The notes beneath the pieces are model-generated. The model was not told the origin of the DNA. It was given only the letters and a program-made list of their open reading frames with translations, and did not search any database. Of a stretch of DNA of 25,879 bases, positions 15,970 to 24,794 are shown piece by piece (position 1 is the first letter of the stretch; every line of letters begins with the position of its first letter). The position numbers were made by a program, and so were the translations under genes. Source of the DNA: a virus (lineage: Duplodnaviria > Caudoviricetes). The stretch lies in the IMG/VR virus record IMGVR_UViG_3300027653_000051, positions 1 through 25,879 of that record; one strand, written 5' to 3'.

Positions 15970-16301
15970 TTCGATTTCTTTAATTCGTTATACTTTTTCT
16001 CAAGTTCAGAAACTTTGGTTTTGTAGTTTTTCAACTCAATATGCAAAGCCTTGTTTTCCTTCTCTAAGACTTTTATCTGCAATTCAAATCGCGATAAAGT
16101 CTGTTTCATAACATCTATATCATCAGCGTGGCGCTTTCTCATGTCCTCTATGATTTCGCGGTAATAACCCAGCGCTTTGTCAAGATTATCGATTTCGTTG
16201 GTCTGAGCCTCCGCGACATTCTTGCGCTTCGTCTGCGCCCAAGTAATGTAACTACTTAGGGCGCCCGACGATAACGCTGTGATTATTAACTCCGACCACA
16301 T
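15966..16301 (-). CDS. Membrane-anchored coiled-coil protein, possible holin
   Basis: Single N-terminal hydrophobic segment followed by a coiled coil; no other holin candidate in the late operon. Confidence 0.5.
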   Translation of the reverse strand: MWSELIITALSSGALSSYITWAQTKRKNVAEAQTNEIDNLDKALGYYREIIEDMRKRHADDIDVMKQTLSRFELQIKVLEKENKALHIELKNYKTKVSELEKKYNELKKSK

Positions 16302-17447
16302 TTACGCTACTGTTACTGTGATAGTATCTGTTTTGTTTCCGTCGATAGTTGTAACTGTAATTGTCGCCGTACCGGTTCCAATAGCCGTCACCAATCCAGT
16401 TGCTGAAACTGTTGCAACTGCTGTATCATCGCTCGAATAGGTCACATTCTTGTTACCCGCATGCGCTGGTTGAATGTTGATCACTAATTGCTCTGTTTCG
16501 TCAACTTCTAAGTTGATTGGATCATTCTCTATAGTCACAGAATCAACCGCAGGTGCAGATTGACCGATAATTGCACCGATTGATTCATTCTTCGCTGGTA
16601 ATGCGATGAAGTAGTGGCGATAATTCAATTTGTTCGTTTGATTTTCTGGATCTTGAGCAGCATCAGCGAAGTATTGTTTAGTCAATCCTGTTTTCTTCGC
16701 GATGTTTTCTTTATAAAACGCAACCGACGCTGGAACGTCTCCATCGGCTGGAATTGCACCCCAAGCTTTTTTCACACCCGTTGAATCGTAATAAGGATTT
16801 GATACGTAAGAATAGATTTCAAAGCCCGCGATGATTGGCGCTGTTTTACCTGTGTTTATATTTTGCAACAAATCACCGAATCGCTTACGATCTCTTAATA
16901 ATTGATTGTAATGATCGTTACATAAAACCAAACGACGACCTTCTGCTGGTACCTCCGCGTCATCAAAGGCTGATTTCAACGCTACAATTGCATTGTACAC
17001 ATCGCCGTCATGGTTATTTAAATCAACCACTGGCGTTGTAGCTGTATTTACCTGTGGAGCAATCGCATGGATAGCTTTCTTATATTTTGTTGTGTTTAGT
17101 TGCACAACATGCCCGCGAGTAGCGGAGTCTATTCTACGATAACTTGCTCCTATAATTTGATCATCCGAAAGCGTTGTAACCTTCGTCTGAAATTTGTCTA
17201 ACGCAACCACTGCTTCATCATCTGTAAATACTTGTAAAGCGATTGGATAAGTAGTATTGTTGATCAATACTTCTGGTTTAAAATTCTCAACGGGAATGTG
17301 AATCAAGTTCTGCTCACCTGCAGTGCCTGATCCGACCTCGATGATATCTGTATCAAGTTCTTCAATGCCATCCAACCAAGGAGCGACATTTGCGGTTGTT
17401 AAAAGTTGGATAACTCGCGCCAACCAAACTTCTGCGAAATTCTTCAT
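16302..17447 (-). CDS. Major capsid protein with C-terminal Ig-like (Big_2) domain
   Basis: Follows protease/scaffold; FD.A.VP.EGR.LVL and IAGFEIY motifs; NKNVTYSSDD..VATVS.TGLVTA.G.GTATITVTT.DG is Big_2-like. Confidence 0.88.
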   Translation of the reverse strand: MKNFAEVWLARVIQLLTTANVAPWLDGIEELDTDIIEVGSGTAGEQNLIHIPVENFKPEVLINNTTYPIALQVFTDDEAVVALDKFQTKVTTLSDDQIIGASYRRIDSATRGHVVQLNTTKYKKAIHAIAPQVNTATTPVVDLNNHDGDVYNAIVALKSAFDDAEVPAEGRRLVLCNDHYNQLLRDRKRFGDLLQNINTGKTAPIIAGFEIYSYVSNPYYDSTGVKKAWGAIPADGDVPASVAFYKENIAKKTGLTKQYFADAAQDPENQTNKLNYRHYFIALPAKNESIGAIIGQSAPAVDSVTIENDPINLEVDETEQLVINIQPAHAGNKNVTYSSDDTAVATVSATGLVTAIGTGTATITVTTIDGNKTDTITVTVA

Positions 17448-17462
17448 TTTTATAGATTTAGG

Positions 17463-18413
17463 TTAGTTAAATAATGATTTGTACTGCTCCGGATAGTTCG
17501 TTTTGAACTCGATTTGAGCGTTTAGGTTCAACTTCTCGAAGTCGTCCAAGCTTTTTACATCAGCGAAGTTTCCAGCTGTGCCAGGATTCCCAATTTTTCC
17601 AGCCAAATTGGTTTTACCTGGAAGTTTATCCAAAACCGATTTACACAAGTCTGGATTCGAAGCGTATAATTTGATATAGTCTTCGCGTTCTGGAGCGGTG
17701 ATTTTACCTTCTTTGATCGCTTGATCTACCAAGTCACCAGCAAGCTTTGCCTTCCTGTCCTTTTCGATTTGCTCAAGCTCGTCAAGCTTTTGTTTAGCTT
17801 CATCGCGTTCAGCTTTCAATTTCATAATGCCTTCATTAACAACACTGACGTCGTGCTCTGTATCGGCGTTCAATGCGAGTGCCATTGCGGCAGTCGCTGA
17901 TAATTTGATTGTTTTCATTGATTTCGATTTATAATTTCTTATTTCAGTTGCCATTAATAGAATTTGCTGAGCCTTAGAATCTTCAAGCTCTTGCATGCCT
18001 TGTTCTGAAGTCGCGTAAAGTTTGATTGCATTGGCATTGTTGGGAATTGCGACGATTGAAGCTTCAAGGACTTCAGATTTAACCAACTCGTATTCTTGAG
18101 TGGCTGCATTCAATTGGATATTGTCCAGGCTGTAAGGATTTAAACCAAGTGAAGCACCTCTTAAGAATCCTCTCTTCACTTTACCAGCGATGCGTCTTGA
18201 ATATTCATCCTCTTCATCGAAGACAGGTTTTGCGGTCAATAAATGCCCTTCGATTTGAATGTCTTCCCATCGTCCGATAACTCCAAAATTATTCGGATGG
18301 TGATAATCCAGGATGACAGGATTTTTTTTGAATCTTTCCAAATCCAAACCGGCATTCAAAACTTTGAATCCGTATTGATTTACTTTCGTTTCATCGTTCA
18401 GTACAAATTTCAT
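17463..18413 (-). CDS. Prohead protease-scaffold fusion (HK97-type protease; Mu gpI/gpZ-like)
   Basis: F.KNPVIL..H, IGRW, G.LRGAS.G and EASIV.IP.N.NA motifs; coiled-coil LVD.AI..GKI scaffold half. Confidence 0.88.
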   Translation of the reverse strand: MKFVLNDETKVNQYGFKVLNAGLDLERFKKNPVILDYHHPNNFGVIGRWEDIQIEGHLLTAKPVFDEEDEYSRRIAGKVKRGFLRGASLGLNPYSLDNIQLNAATQEYELVKSEVLEASIVAIPNNANAIKLYATSEQGMQELEDSKAQQILLMATEIRNYKSKSMKTIKLSATAAMALALNADTEHDVSVVNEGIMKLKAERDEAKQKLDELEQIEKDRKAKLAGDLVDQAIKEGKITAPEREDYIKLYASNPDLCKSVLDKLPGKTNLAGKIGNPGTAGNFADVKSLDDFEKLNLNAQIEFKTNYPEQYKSLFN

Positions 18414-18555
18414 TTACACGCTTTTGAAACAAAATTGAAAACGAAATCAGTCTTAATAAAATAGTTGCAAAGCTTCTGAACACATGTGCACGGATACTTT
18501 ACAAAAGTTTAAGTATCATTTTATTACCATCGAAATTTGAAGCAAAGATTTATGT
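18414..18555. promoter_or_regulatory. Divergent late promoter region
   Basis: 142-bp gap between divergent structural operons; GATACTT-N11-AAGTATC inverted repeat at 18493-18517. Confidence 0.6.
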
Positions 18556-18993
18556 ATGGCGAAAAGGAAATTATCGAAGGATCGAGAATACGCGAAGATT
18601 TTATACACTCAAATGGGCTTGACACAAAAAGAGATTGCCCAACGGGTTGGAGTTACGGAAAAAACCATCGGCCGATGGAAAAATGATCCTGATGACAACT
18701 GGGATGATCTAAAAACTGTCTTCACAACGACAAGGACGAACATTGTCAAAAATCTTCAAAGGCAAATGGAGCTTTGGCAAAAGGAAATCGGCAATAATAA
18801 ACTGGCAGATAGTAAAGAGGTAGACATCCTTGTGAAGCTTGCGAGTGCTGTTCGAAAGCTTGAAACCGATACTGGAATAGCCGAAATCGTCGATACCGGC
18901 ATCAAGTTTATCAACTTCCTCCAGGAACATAACCCTAAACTATCGAAAGAGACTGCACATTGGTTTGATTTATTCATAAAAAACAAAATTTAA
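18556..18993 (+). CDS. Terminase small subunit-like HTH protein
   Basis: TQKEIA.RVGVTEKTI.RW....W helix-turn-helix; coupled to TerL by TAATG. Confidence 0.8.
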   Translation: MAKRKLSKDREYAKILYTQMGLTQKEIAQRVGVTEKTIGRWKNDPDDNWDDLKTVFTTTRTNIVKNLQRQMELWQKEIGNNKLADSKEVDILVKLASAVRKLETDTGIAEIVDTGIKFINFLQEHNPKLSKETAHWFDLFIKNKI

Positions 18994-20516
18994 TGGCGAA
19001 AAAACTAACAGATAAGCAGTATCTCGAAAAGTGGGAGGTGTTCAGATCGAACATATCAAAAGCTACCCCTGTCAATCTCAATGAAACTGTTTCGCAAAAG
19101 GAGAAGCGAATTAAGGATTTGGAACGACGTCCGGAGGAATGGTTTAAGTACTATTTCCCGAACTTCTACACATCCGAACCGGCACCATTTCACAAACGAG
19201 CAACGAAAAGAGTACTTACCAAAATGGAGTGGTTCGAGGTTCGACCATGGGCGAGAGAATTGGCGAAATCGGCAAGGACGATGATGGAAGTAATCTATTT
19301 GACTACGACCAAACGAAAGAAAAATGTTTTGTTGGTATCAAATAATTACGATAATGCCGAACGCCTATTGATGCCTTTCAAAGCCATTTTCGAATTCAAT
19401 AATCGACTGATCAATGACTATGGCCAATTTAAGAATTTAGGCCAATGGGAAAACGGCGAATTTGTAACAAAACAAGGTGCTTCGTTCCGTGCGTTGGGTG
19501 CTGGTCAATCGCCTCGTGGTACTCGAAACGATGCGGTACGACCAGACGTAATTATAATTGACGATATCGATACCGACGAAGAAGTTCGAAACAAAGACAG
19601 AATCAAAGCCAAAATCGATTGGGTGGAACAAGCGCTAATTCCAACGCGTTCGATTTCAAATCCATTGACGATCATTGCCAATGGAAACATCATCGGAAAG
19701 TACACTACGATTACCGAATTGATGAAAAAAGCCGACCACGCGCAAATTGTAAACATTCGCGATAAAAACGGTAAATCCACCTGGCCAACAAAAAACACAG
19801 AAGAAGCCATCGACCGTGTTTTGAAGACGATTTCTTATCGTTCGGCACAAAAAGAATACTTCAACAATCCAATTTCGGAAGGAACTGTTTTCACCGATTT
19901 ATATTATGATCGAGTGCCAAAGCTATCAACCTGCGAAAAGGTCGCTGTTTACGCCGATCCTTCACCTTCCAACAACACCCGAACGAAATCTTCGAGAAAA
20001 TCGGTCGGAATCATAGCGTATAAGAATGGTAACATTTATTTACATACTGTTTGGCTGGACAACGTAACCAATGCGCAATTTGTTCAATGGATATATGCAG
20101 CTTGTTTGATACTCGACCGTGAAGGAGTGGATCCAAAACGAGTGCATATTGAGAACAACTCGCTTCAAAATCCACACTACGAACAAGTAATCGTTCCATT
20201 GATCCAAGAGCATTTCAGAAAAACGAAATATCGAATTCCACTAAGACCAGACAACCGAAAGAAACCTTCAAAATTCGAACGAATTGAAGGAACGCTCGAG
20301 CCGATTTGGCGAAATGGGAATCTGATTTTTAACATCAGAGAGAAGGAAAACCCGCACATGATGCGAATGGAAGAGGAAATGCTCGGAGTGAGTGAAAATG
20401 CTAAAGATTTGGACGGTCCCGACATGTTGGAAGGCGGTACTTGGATTATCTTAAATCGAGCTTTAAAGGAGGATTTACCTTATGCATTTGGAAGAATAAA
20501 TAACCGAAGATTTTAA
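18993..20516 (+). CDS. Terminase large subunit
   Basis: Variant Walker A (WARELAKS), RG.R..RPDVIIIDD Walker B, nuclease YADPS and DGPD motifs. Confidence 0.9.
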   Translation: MAKKLTDKQYLEKWEVFRSNISKATPVNLNETVSQKEKRIKDLERRPEEWFKYYFPNFYTSEPAPFHKRATKRVLTKMEWFEVRPWARELAKSARTMMEVIYLTTTKRKKNVLLVSNNYDNAERLLMPFKAIFEFNNRLINDYGQFKNLGQWENGEFVTKQGASFRALGAGQSPRGTRNDAVRPDVIIIDDIDTDEEVRNKDRIKAKIDWVEQALIPTRSISNPLTIIANGNIIGKYTTITELMKKADHAQIVNIRDKNGKSTWPTKNTEEAIDRVLKTISYRSAQKEYFNNPISEGTVFTDLYYDRVPKLSTCEKVAVYADPSPSNNTRTKSSRKSVGIIAYKNGNIYLHTVWLDNVTNAQFVQWIYAACLILDREGVDPKRVHIENNSLQNPHYEQVIVPLIQEHFRKTKYRIPLRPDNRKKPSKFERIEGTLEPIWRNGNLIFNIREKENPHMMRMEEEMLGVSENAKDLDGPDMLEGGTWIILNRALKEDLPYAFGRINNRRF

Positions 20517-20527
20517 AACTTAAAAAT

Positions 20528-20989
20528 ATGTTTCTAAAAATAAACGACTTAAAAAACTCGATTTATAACTACCAAATCGACCAAATCACAGACGGTGATA
20601 CTAATATCACGCTTCAAGCGATGGCAGCCGCAGAAGAAGAAGTGAGATCGTATTTAACGGCAAACAATCGCCGCGAATGGGCGGATGGACGCCTTTTATA
20701 TGATGTTGACAAAATACTTTCGGCCGAAGGTGATGAAAGAAATCCATTAATTGTGAGCCACATGGCAACGATTGCGAAGTATTACATCGTCGAGCTCTGC
20801 AACGCTGATATCATTTATGAAGTAGCAAAAGAGCGTTACGATCGAGCCATTAACTGGTTTGAGAAAATCGCGAACGGTGATTTGAATCTCAACACTTTGC
20901 CAGTAATCAATCCAGAAAAGGACGATTCGAAAGATGAAAGCACATTCCCATGGACTTATGGATCACGCAAAAAATTTAACCATGAATAA
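20528..20989 (+). CDS. Mu gp36-like head-tail connector (DUF1320-like)
   Basis: A..EV.SYL...YD...I, IA.Y and RY..AI.W...I..G motifs. Confidence 0.8.
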   Translation: MFLKINDLKNSIYNYQIDQITDGDTNITLQAMAAAEEEVRSYLTANNRREWADGRLLYDVDKILSAEGDERNPLIVSHMATIAKYYIVELCNADIIYEVAKERYDRAINWFEKIANGDLNLNTLPVINPEKDDSKDESTFPWTYGSRKKFNHE

Positions 20990-22190
20990 AAATAACTTAA
21001 ACGCAAAAGTCGGCAAAACTTTAAAGGCCGACGAAAAGAGAAGACTATATCCAGCAATCTTTGATAAGCCAATTTCTTTGATTCGCAAGGATATTCAAGA
21101 TTGGCGAATCGCAAGAATGGCAGCAATGAATGCAGACCAACCATCGAGATGGAGGATCTATAATTTGTACGAAACCGACATCGTTTTGGACGCATTGGTG
21201 ACTTCACAAATTGAAAACAGAATTCAATCAACACTTGGAGCTTCATTCAGTTTCGAGAATGCAAACGGCGAAGTGGACGATGAAGTAACCAATCAATTTC
21301 AAACGTCAAGATTGATTGATAAAATCATAACCGAAATTTTAAACACTCGATTTTACGGCCATTCGCTCATTGAGTTAAATTGGAAGGACAAGGAATTGGA
21401 TTGCAATTTGATTCCGCGTCAAAATGTTATTCCGGAGCAAGGAAAAGTAATCTTTGATTATACCGATTTCACAGCTGAAGGTGTGAAGTATCGAGAATTG
21501 CCCGAATACGGAACTTATTTGCTTGAATTTGGTGACGATAAGGATTTGGGACTGCTCAATAAAGCAGTGCCACACGTGTTGTTTAAAAGATTCGCACAAA
21601 GCTGTTGGAGTGAACTCGCCGAGATTTACGGCATACCTCCACGCGTTATGAAGACAGACACTCAAGATGCCAGGGCTTTGCGTCGTGGTGAAAAAATGAT
21701 GTCAGAAATGGGTGCAGCTGCGTGGTTCATCATCGACACAAACGAGGAATTCGAATGGGCAAAGGCAGTTCCAACCAACGGAGACGTTTATAAGAATTTA
21801 ATCAACCTTTGCGACAATCAAATCAGCCTTCTATTGTTAGGCGCAGTAATAGGCCAAGATACTCAACATGGATCTTACAGCAAGGAGGTGGCGAGCCAAA
21901 ACATTCTTGACAGTTTGGTAGCGTCCGACATGGCTATGGTTGAAATGAACATGAACGACGTAGTCATTCCTTCCTTAATAAATTTAGGTCTGATCAAAGA
22001 GGGTTATCGATTCAAGTACGAAGCTGCGGAGGATATCAAAGAACTTTGGGAAATGACTTCAAACGCTTTGAACCATTTTGAAGTTGATCCAAAGTGGGTT
22101 CGTCAGAAGTTTGGAATTGAAGTAACTGGTCGACGCGAACTGCGTTTGTTCGACAATCCAGATTTAAACGCTGAAAGTTTTTTCGTTTAA
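20982..22190 (+). CDS. Portal protein (DUF935/Mu gp29-like)
   Basis: FYGHSLIE, LGLL..A, W..LAE.YG.P.R and IS..LLG motifs; ATG 20982 overlaps the gp36-like stop. Confidence 0.9.
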   Translation: MNKNNLNAKVGKTLKADEKRRLYPAIFDKPISLIRKDIQDWRIARMAAMNADQPSRWRIYNLYETDIVLDALVTSQIENRIQSTLGASFSFENANGEVDDEVTNQFQTSRLIDKIITEILNTRFYGHSLIELNWKDKELDCNLIPRQNVIPEQGKVIFDYTDFTAEGVKYRELPEYGTYLLEFGDDKDLGLLNKAVPHVLFKRFAQSCWSELAEIYGIPPRVMKTDTQDARALRRGEKMMSEMGAAAWFIIDTNEEFEWAKAVPTNGDVYKNLINLCDNQISLLLLGAVIGQDTQHGSYSKEVASQNILDSLVASDMAMVEMNMNDVVIPSLINLGLIKEGYRFKYEAAEDIKELWEMTSNALNHFEVDPKWVRQKFGIEVTGRRELRLFDNPDLNAESFFV

Positions 22191-22221
22191 GGGCTAACAG
22201 AAATCGGCTAACTGTTAGCCC
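22178..22221 (+). promoter_or_regulatory. -1 programmed ribosomal frameshift signal
   Basis: T TTT TTC heptamer (22178-22184), 6-nt spacer, perfect 10-bp stem GGGCTAACAG/CTGTTAGCCC (22191-22221). Confidence 0.75.
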
Positions 22222-22240
22222 GCAGACATATTTCAAAGGA

Positions 22241-23059
22241 TTGCATACACGGCTGAACAATATATATGCGTGCAATTGCGAAGATTGCAAGACGAAAACG
22301 ATTCATCTTGCAGCAGATTCTAACGGCTTTTTTAAAGACGTTTTAAACGCTGCTAAAAATGCTTTAAAATACCTTTTAACGAAACAGACTTTTAAAGAAG
22401 AAGACTTGGGCGAAGAGCCTTATCAGAGGCTAATAGATGAAACATATAAGGTGTTTAACAAGGCAATAATGGATAACGACGTGCCCGATGTGATGCGTAA
22501 AGCTTTGCAATCGGATGCCTTCCTTTTTGGAACGCTAAAAACCCGAGCGCAAATGTTCGAAGCTTCAACCTATTTATTGAATCCGGACGGAACGATAAAG
22601 ACCTGGCAACAATTCGAGCGAGATTTTAGGCAGGTTTTTGAAGATTACAACCAAAATTATTTGGAAGCGGAATATCAGTTTGCGGTGAATAGCGCTCAAA
22701 TGGCGGCTAAATGGACGGAGCTCGACGATTCTGGTAGATATCTACTTCAATACAGAACGGCAATGGACGATAGAGTGAGAGAATCGCATCAAGCATTGGA
22801 AGGAATCACACTTCCAAAGGACGATCCTTTTTGGCGTGATTTCTATCCACCCAATGGATGGCGCTGCCGTTGCCAAGTCGTGGAAGTAAGCAAAGCGAGA
22901 TATGAAGCTTCTGAATCTGAAGAAGCAATCGCAAAAGGAATGGCCGCTACACAGCAGATAGGTAAAGATGGTCGAAATCGCTTGGCTATGTTTAGGTTCA
23001 ATCCTGGTATGGAAAAAAAATTGTTTCCACCGGATCATCCATATACAAAAATCAAGTGA
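22241..23059 (+). CDS. Mu gpF-like minor head protein (frame is open back to the slippery site at 22178)
   Basis: LQYRTA.D.RVR.SH..L.G.TLP.DDPFW....PPNGWRCRC motif. Confidence 0.9.
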   Translation: MHTRLNNIYACNCEDCKTKTIHLAADSNGFFKDVLNAAKNALKYLLTKQTFKEEDLGEEPYQRLIDETYKVFNKAIMDNDVPDVMRKALQSDAFLFGTLKTRAQMFEASTYLLNPDGTIKTWQQFERDFRQVFEDYNQNYLEAEYQFAVNSAQMAAKWTELDDSGRYLLQYRTAMDDRVRESHQALEGITLPKDDPFWRDFYPPNGWRCRCQVVEVSKARYEASESEEAIAKGMAATQQIGKDGRNRLAMFRFNPGMEKKLFPPDHPYTKIK

Positions 23060-23577
23060 AAATGCCTTTAAAAAAATTCGTACATCAAATATTGAAAGAC
23101 ATTCAAATCGACGTATCGGACGACTTTGACCGAAACTTCGAGCGAAAAGCTTTCTTTGATAAAGCATGGCCACGGAATAAGTTGGTCAATCGGAGAGGAT
23201 CAAAGATGGCACGAACGAACAATTTACGTCGATCGATTATGTCCAGAATTCAAAGTACTGAAGTTGTATTCAGCAGTTCTTTGCCTTATGCAAAGATCCA
23301 AAACGATGGTGGCGAAATAGTAGTAACCAAACAGATGAAGAAGTATTTCTGGGCAATGTATTACGAGGCAGGAGGTGACAATAACGGAAATCCGACCATC
23401 GAAGCCATCCAATTCAAGAATTTGGCGTTGATGCCTGTTGGTAAAAGAATCAAAATTCCATCGAGAAGGTTCGTCGGCGACCACCCAATAGTTCGTCAGA
23501 ATGTTCGCACGGCGATTCGTTTGAACATCAAAAGTGCGATGACAAGTTTTGTAGATAGATTTAAAAGTAAGTTATGA
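23056..23577 (+). CDS. Virion morphogenesis protein (Mu gpG/P2 gpS-like)
   Basis: LRRSI, YAKIQN.GG and IP.RRFVG motifs. Confidence 0.85.
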   Translation: MKMPLKKFVHQILKDIQIDVSDDFDRNFERKAFFDKAWPRNKLVNRRGSKMARTNNLRRSIMSRIQSTEVVFSSSLPYAKIQNDGGEIVVTKQMKKYFWAMYYEAGGDNNGNPTIEAIQFKNLALMPVGKRIKIPSRRFVGDHPIVRQNVRTAIRLNIKSAMTSFVDRFKSKL

Positions 23578-24041
23578 AAAGTATTGAAAAAGAAGTATTG
23601 GAAGCAATCCAAAAGCAAATCAACGACGGAGTCGAATCCATTAACTATGTGGATGAAGATTGGGGGCAATTGGATTTTTACGGGCCACAAATACCCGTCA
23701 AATGGCCGTGTGTGCTGATCAACATTGCAGGTGCGAACTTCTCGAATATTGGGCGTGATAATAATTTAACACCTCCCAATCGGCAAATAGCTGATCAAAC
23801 TGTTGAATTAACTGTTGCGAATCTCAAGCTAACAAATTCAAGCTACAAAGCGCCCAACACTCAAAAATGGCATGCGTTCGAAATGTGGGAGGTTCTGCAA
23901 GAAGTTCATCAGAAAATCCAAAGTTTCCGACCTTCAGAACGTACTGGAATGCTCATTCGAAGTTCTTACCAAAGGATAAGGCGTGATGATGGCGTTCAAG
24001 CTGTGCGAGTAGTATATACGTTGACGGCTAACAACGTTTAG
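23574..24041 (+). CDS. Mu gp37-like tail completion protein
   Basis: YVDEDWGQL....PVKWPCVLI motif; follows gpG-like gene. Confidence 0.6.
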   Translation: MKSIEKEVLEAIQKQINDGVESINYVDEDWGQLDFYGPQIPVKWPCVLINIAGANFSNIGRDNNLTPPNRQIADQTVELTVANLKLTNSSYKAPNTQKWHAFEMWEVLQEVHQKIQSFRPSERTGMLIRSSYQRIRRDDGVQAVRVVYTLTANNV

Positions 24042-24250
24042 CTGTTTTCGTATTCGACCAGCTTTTTGAATTCAGTCTCGATATCAGTATTCAGTATAGT
24101 GATCAGCGTCGTTCGAGAAATTGGATATACCGGATAGATATACTTTCGAAGTATCACCGTGTCTGGTATATCCTCGGTTTTGTATTTAAAATACAGATCT
24201 TTGATGTTCCTGTATCGAACTAATGTATTGCGATGCATCACTTTACTCAT
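24038..24250 (-). CDS. Small putative HTH regulator (positional equivalent of Mu late activator C/Mor)
   Basis: I.RKYIYP.YPISRTTL..IL helix-turn-helix-like pattern; last gene of the early/middle run. Confidence 0.55.
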   Translation of the reverse strand: MSKVMHRNTLVRYRNIKDLYFKYKTEDIPDTVILRKYIYPVYPISRTTLITILNTDIETEFKKLVEYENS

Positions 24251-24263
24251 GGGGCAAATATAA

Positions 24264-24659
24264 TTAAAAATTAAAAGAGACTACCTCCCAACTGGATGGA
24301 TCGAATATCTCACCACCTTTATATTTCATACGTATATTGTATCTGAACTTTTTCTTCACTCCATACGCATTGGTTGCGGTTACATCAGCAACGACGCGAT
24401 AAATGCTATCGGTGTGCTCTTGAACCTCTGATAAAAGAGGTAAGGTTGTAAAATCTGCACTCTCTGGAAACTCAAGCTGTTGTTTGACATATGTTTTCGA
24501 AACGTGATAAGCAGCATAAGTTTTATCTCTTGAGTAGTTATCAGCTGGCCAGATCAAGCTTGCGATTATTGTTATTCCTATTAATATAACGATCGGCAAA
24601 CAACCGAATCTTAAAAAGTTGCGTCGGCTTTTTCTTCTTAAATCTTCCTTTGTTTTCAT
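24264..24659 (-). CDS. Single-pass membrane protein (moron-like)
   Basis: Basic N-terminus, one transmembrane helix, L..P.SA.F and V.ATNAYG motifs; lies downstream of a terminator. Confidence 0.75.
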   Translation of the reverse strand: MKTKEDLRRKSRRNFLRFGCLPIVILIGITIIASLIWPADNYSRDKTYAAYHVSKTYVKQQLEFPESADFTTLPLLSEVQEHTDSIYRVVADVTATNAYGVKKKFRYNIRMKYKGGEIFDPSSWEVVSFNF

Positions 24660-24703
24660 ATCTTTGTTTTTTTTAGTAACTGTACTAAGTTATTAATTAA
24701 TTT

Positions 24704-24736
24704 GAAAAAGAAAAGCCTGAATGTCCAGGCTTTTCT
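24704..24736 (-). terminator. Intrinsic terminator (possibly bidirectional)
   Basis: AGAAAAGCCTG (24709-24719) / CAGGCTTTTCT (24726-24736) with a T-rich tail on the minus strand. Confidence 0.7.
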
Positions 24737-24794
24737 GATTAAAGCTATTTCAATTCGTAGTTTATGAATCGGCTGAATCTGAATAGCAAAGATC

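Noticed and set aside
20934-20981. Longer portal start
   Set aside because: It overlaps the gp36-like gene by 56 nt; ATG 20982 gives ordinary coupling.
22191-22221. Hairpin after the portal stop as an intrinsic terminator
   Set aside because: No U-tract follows on the plus strand, and its 6-nt distance from a slippery heptamer fits a frameshift stimulator better.
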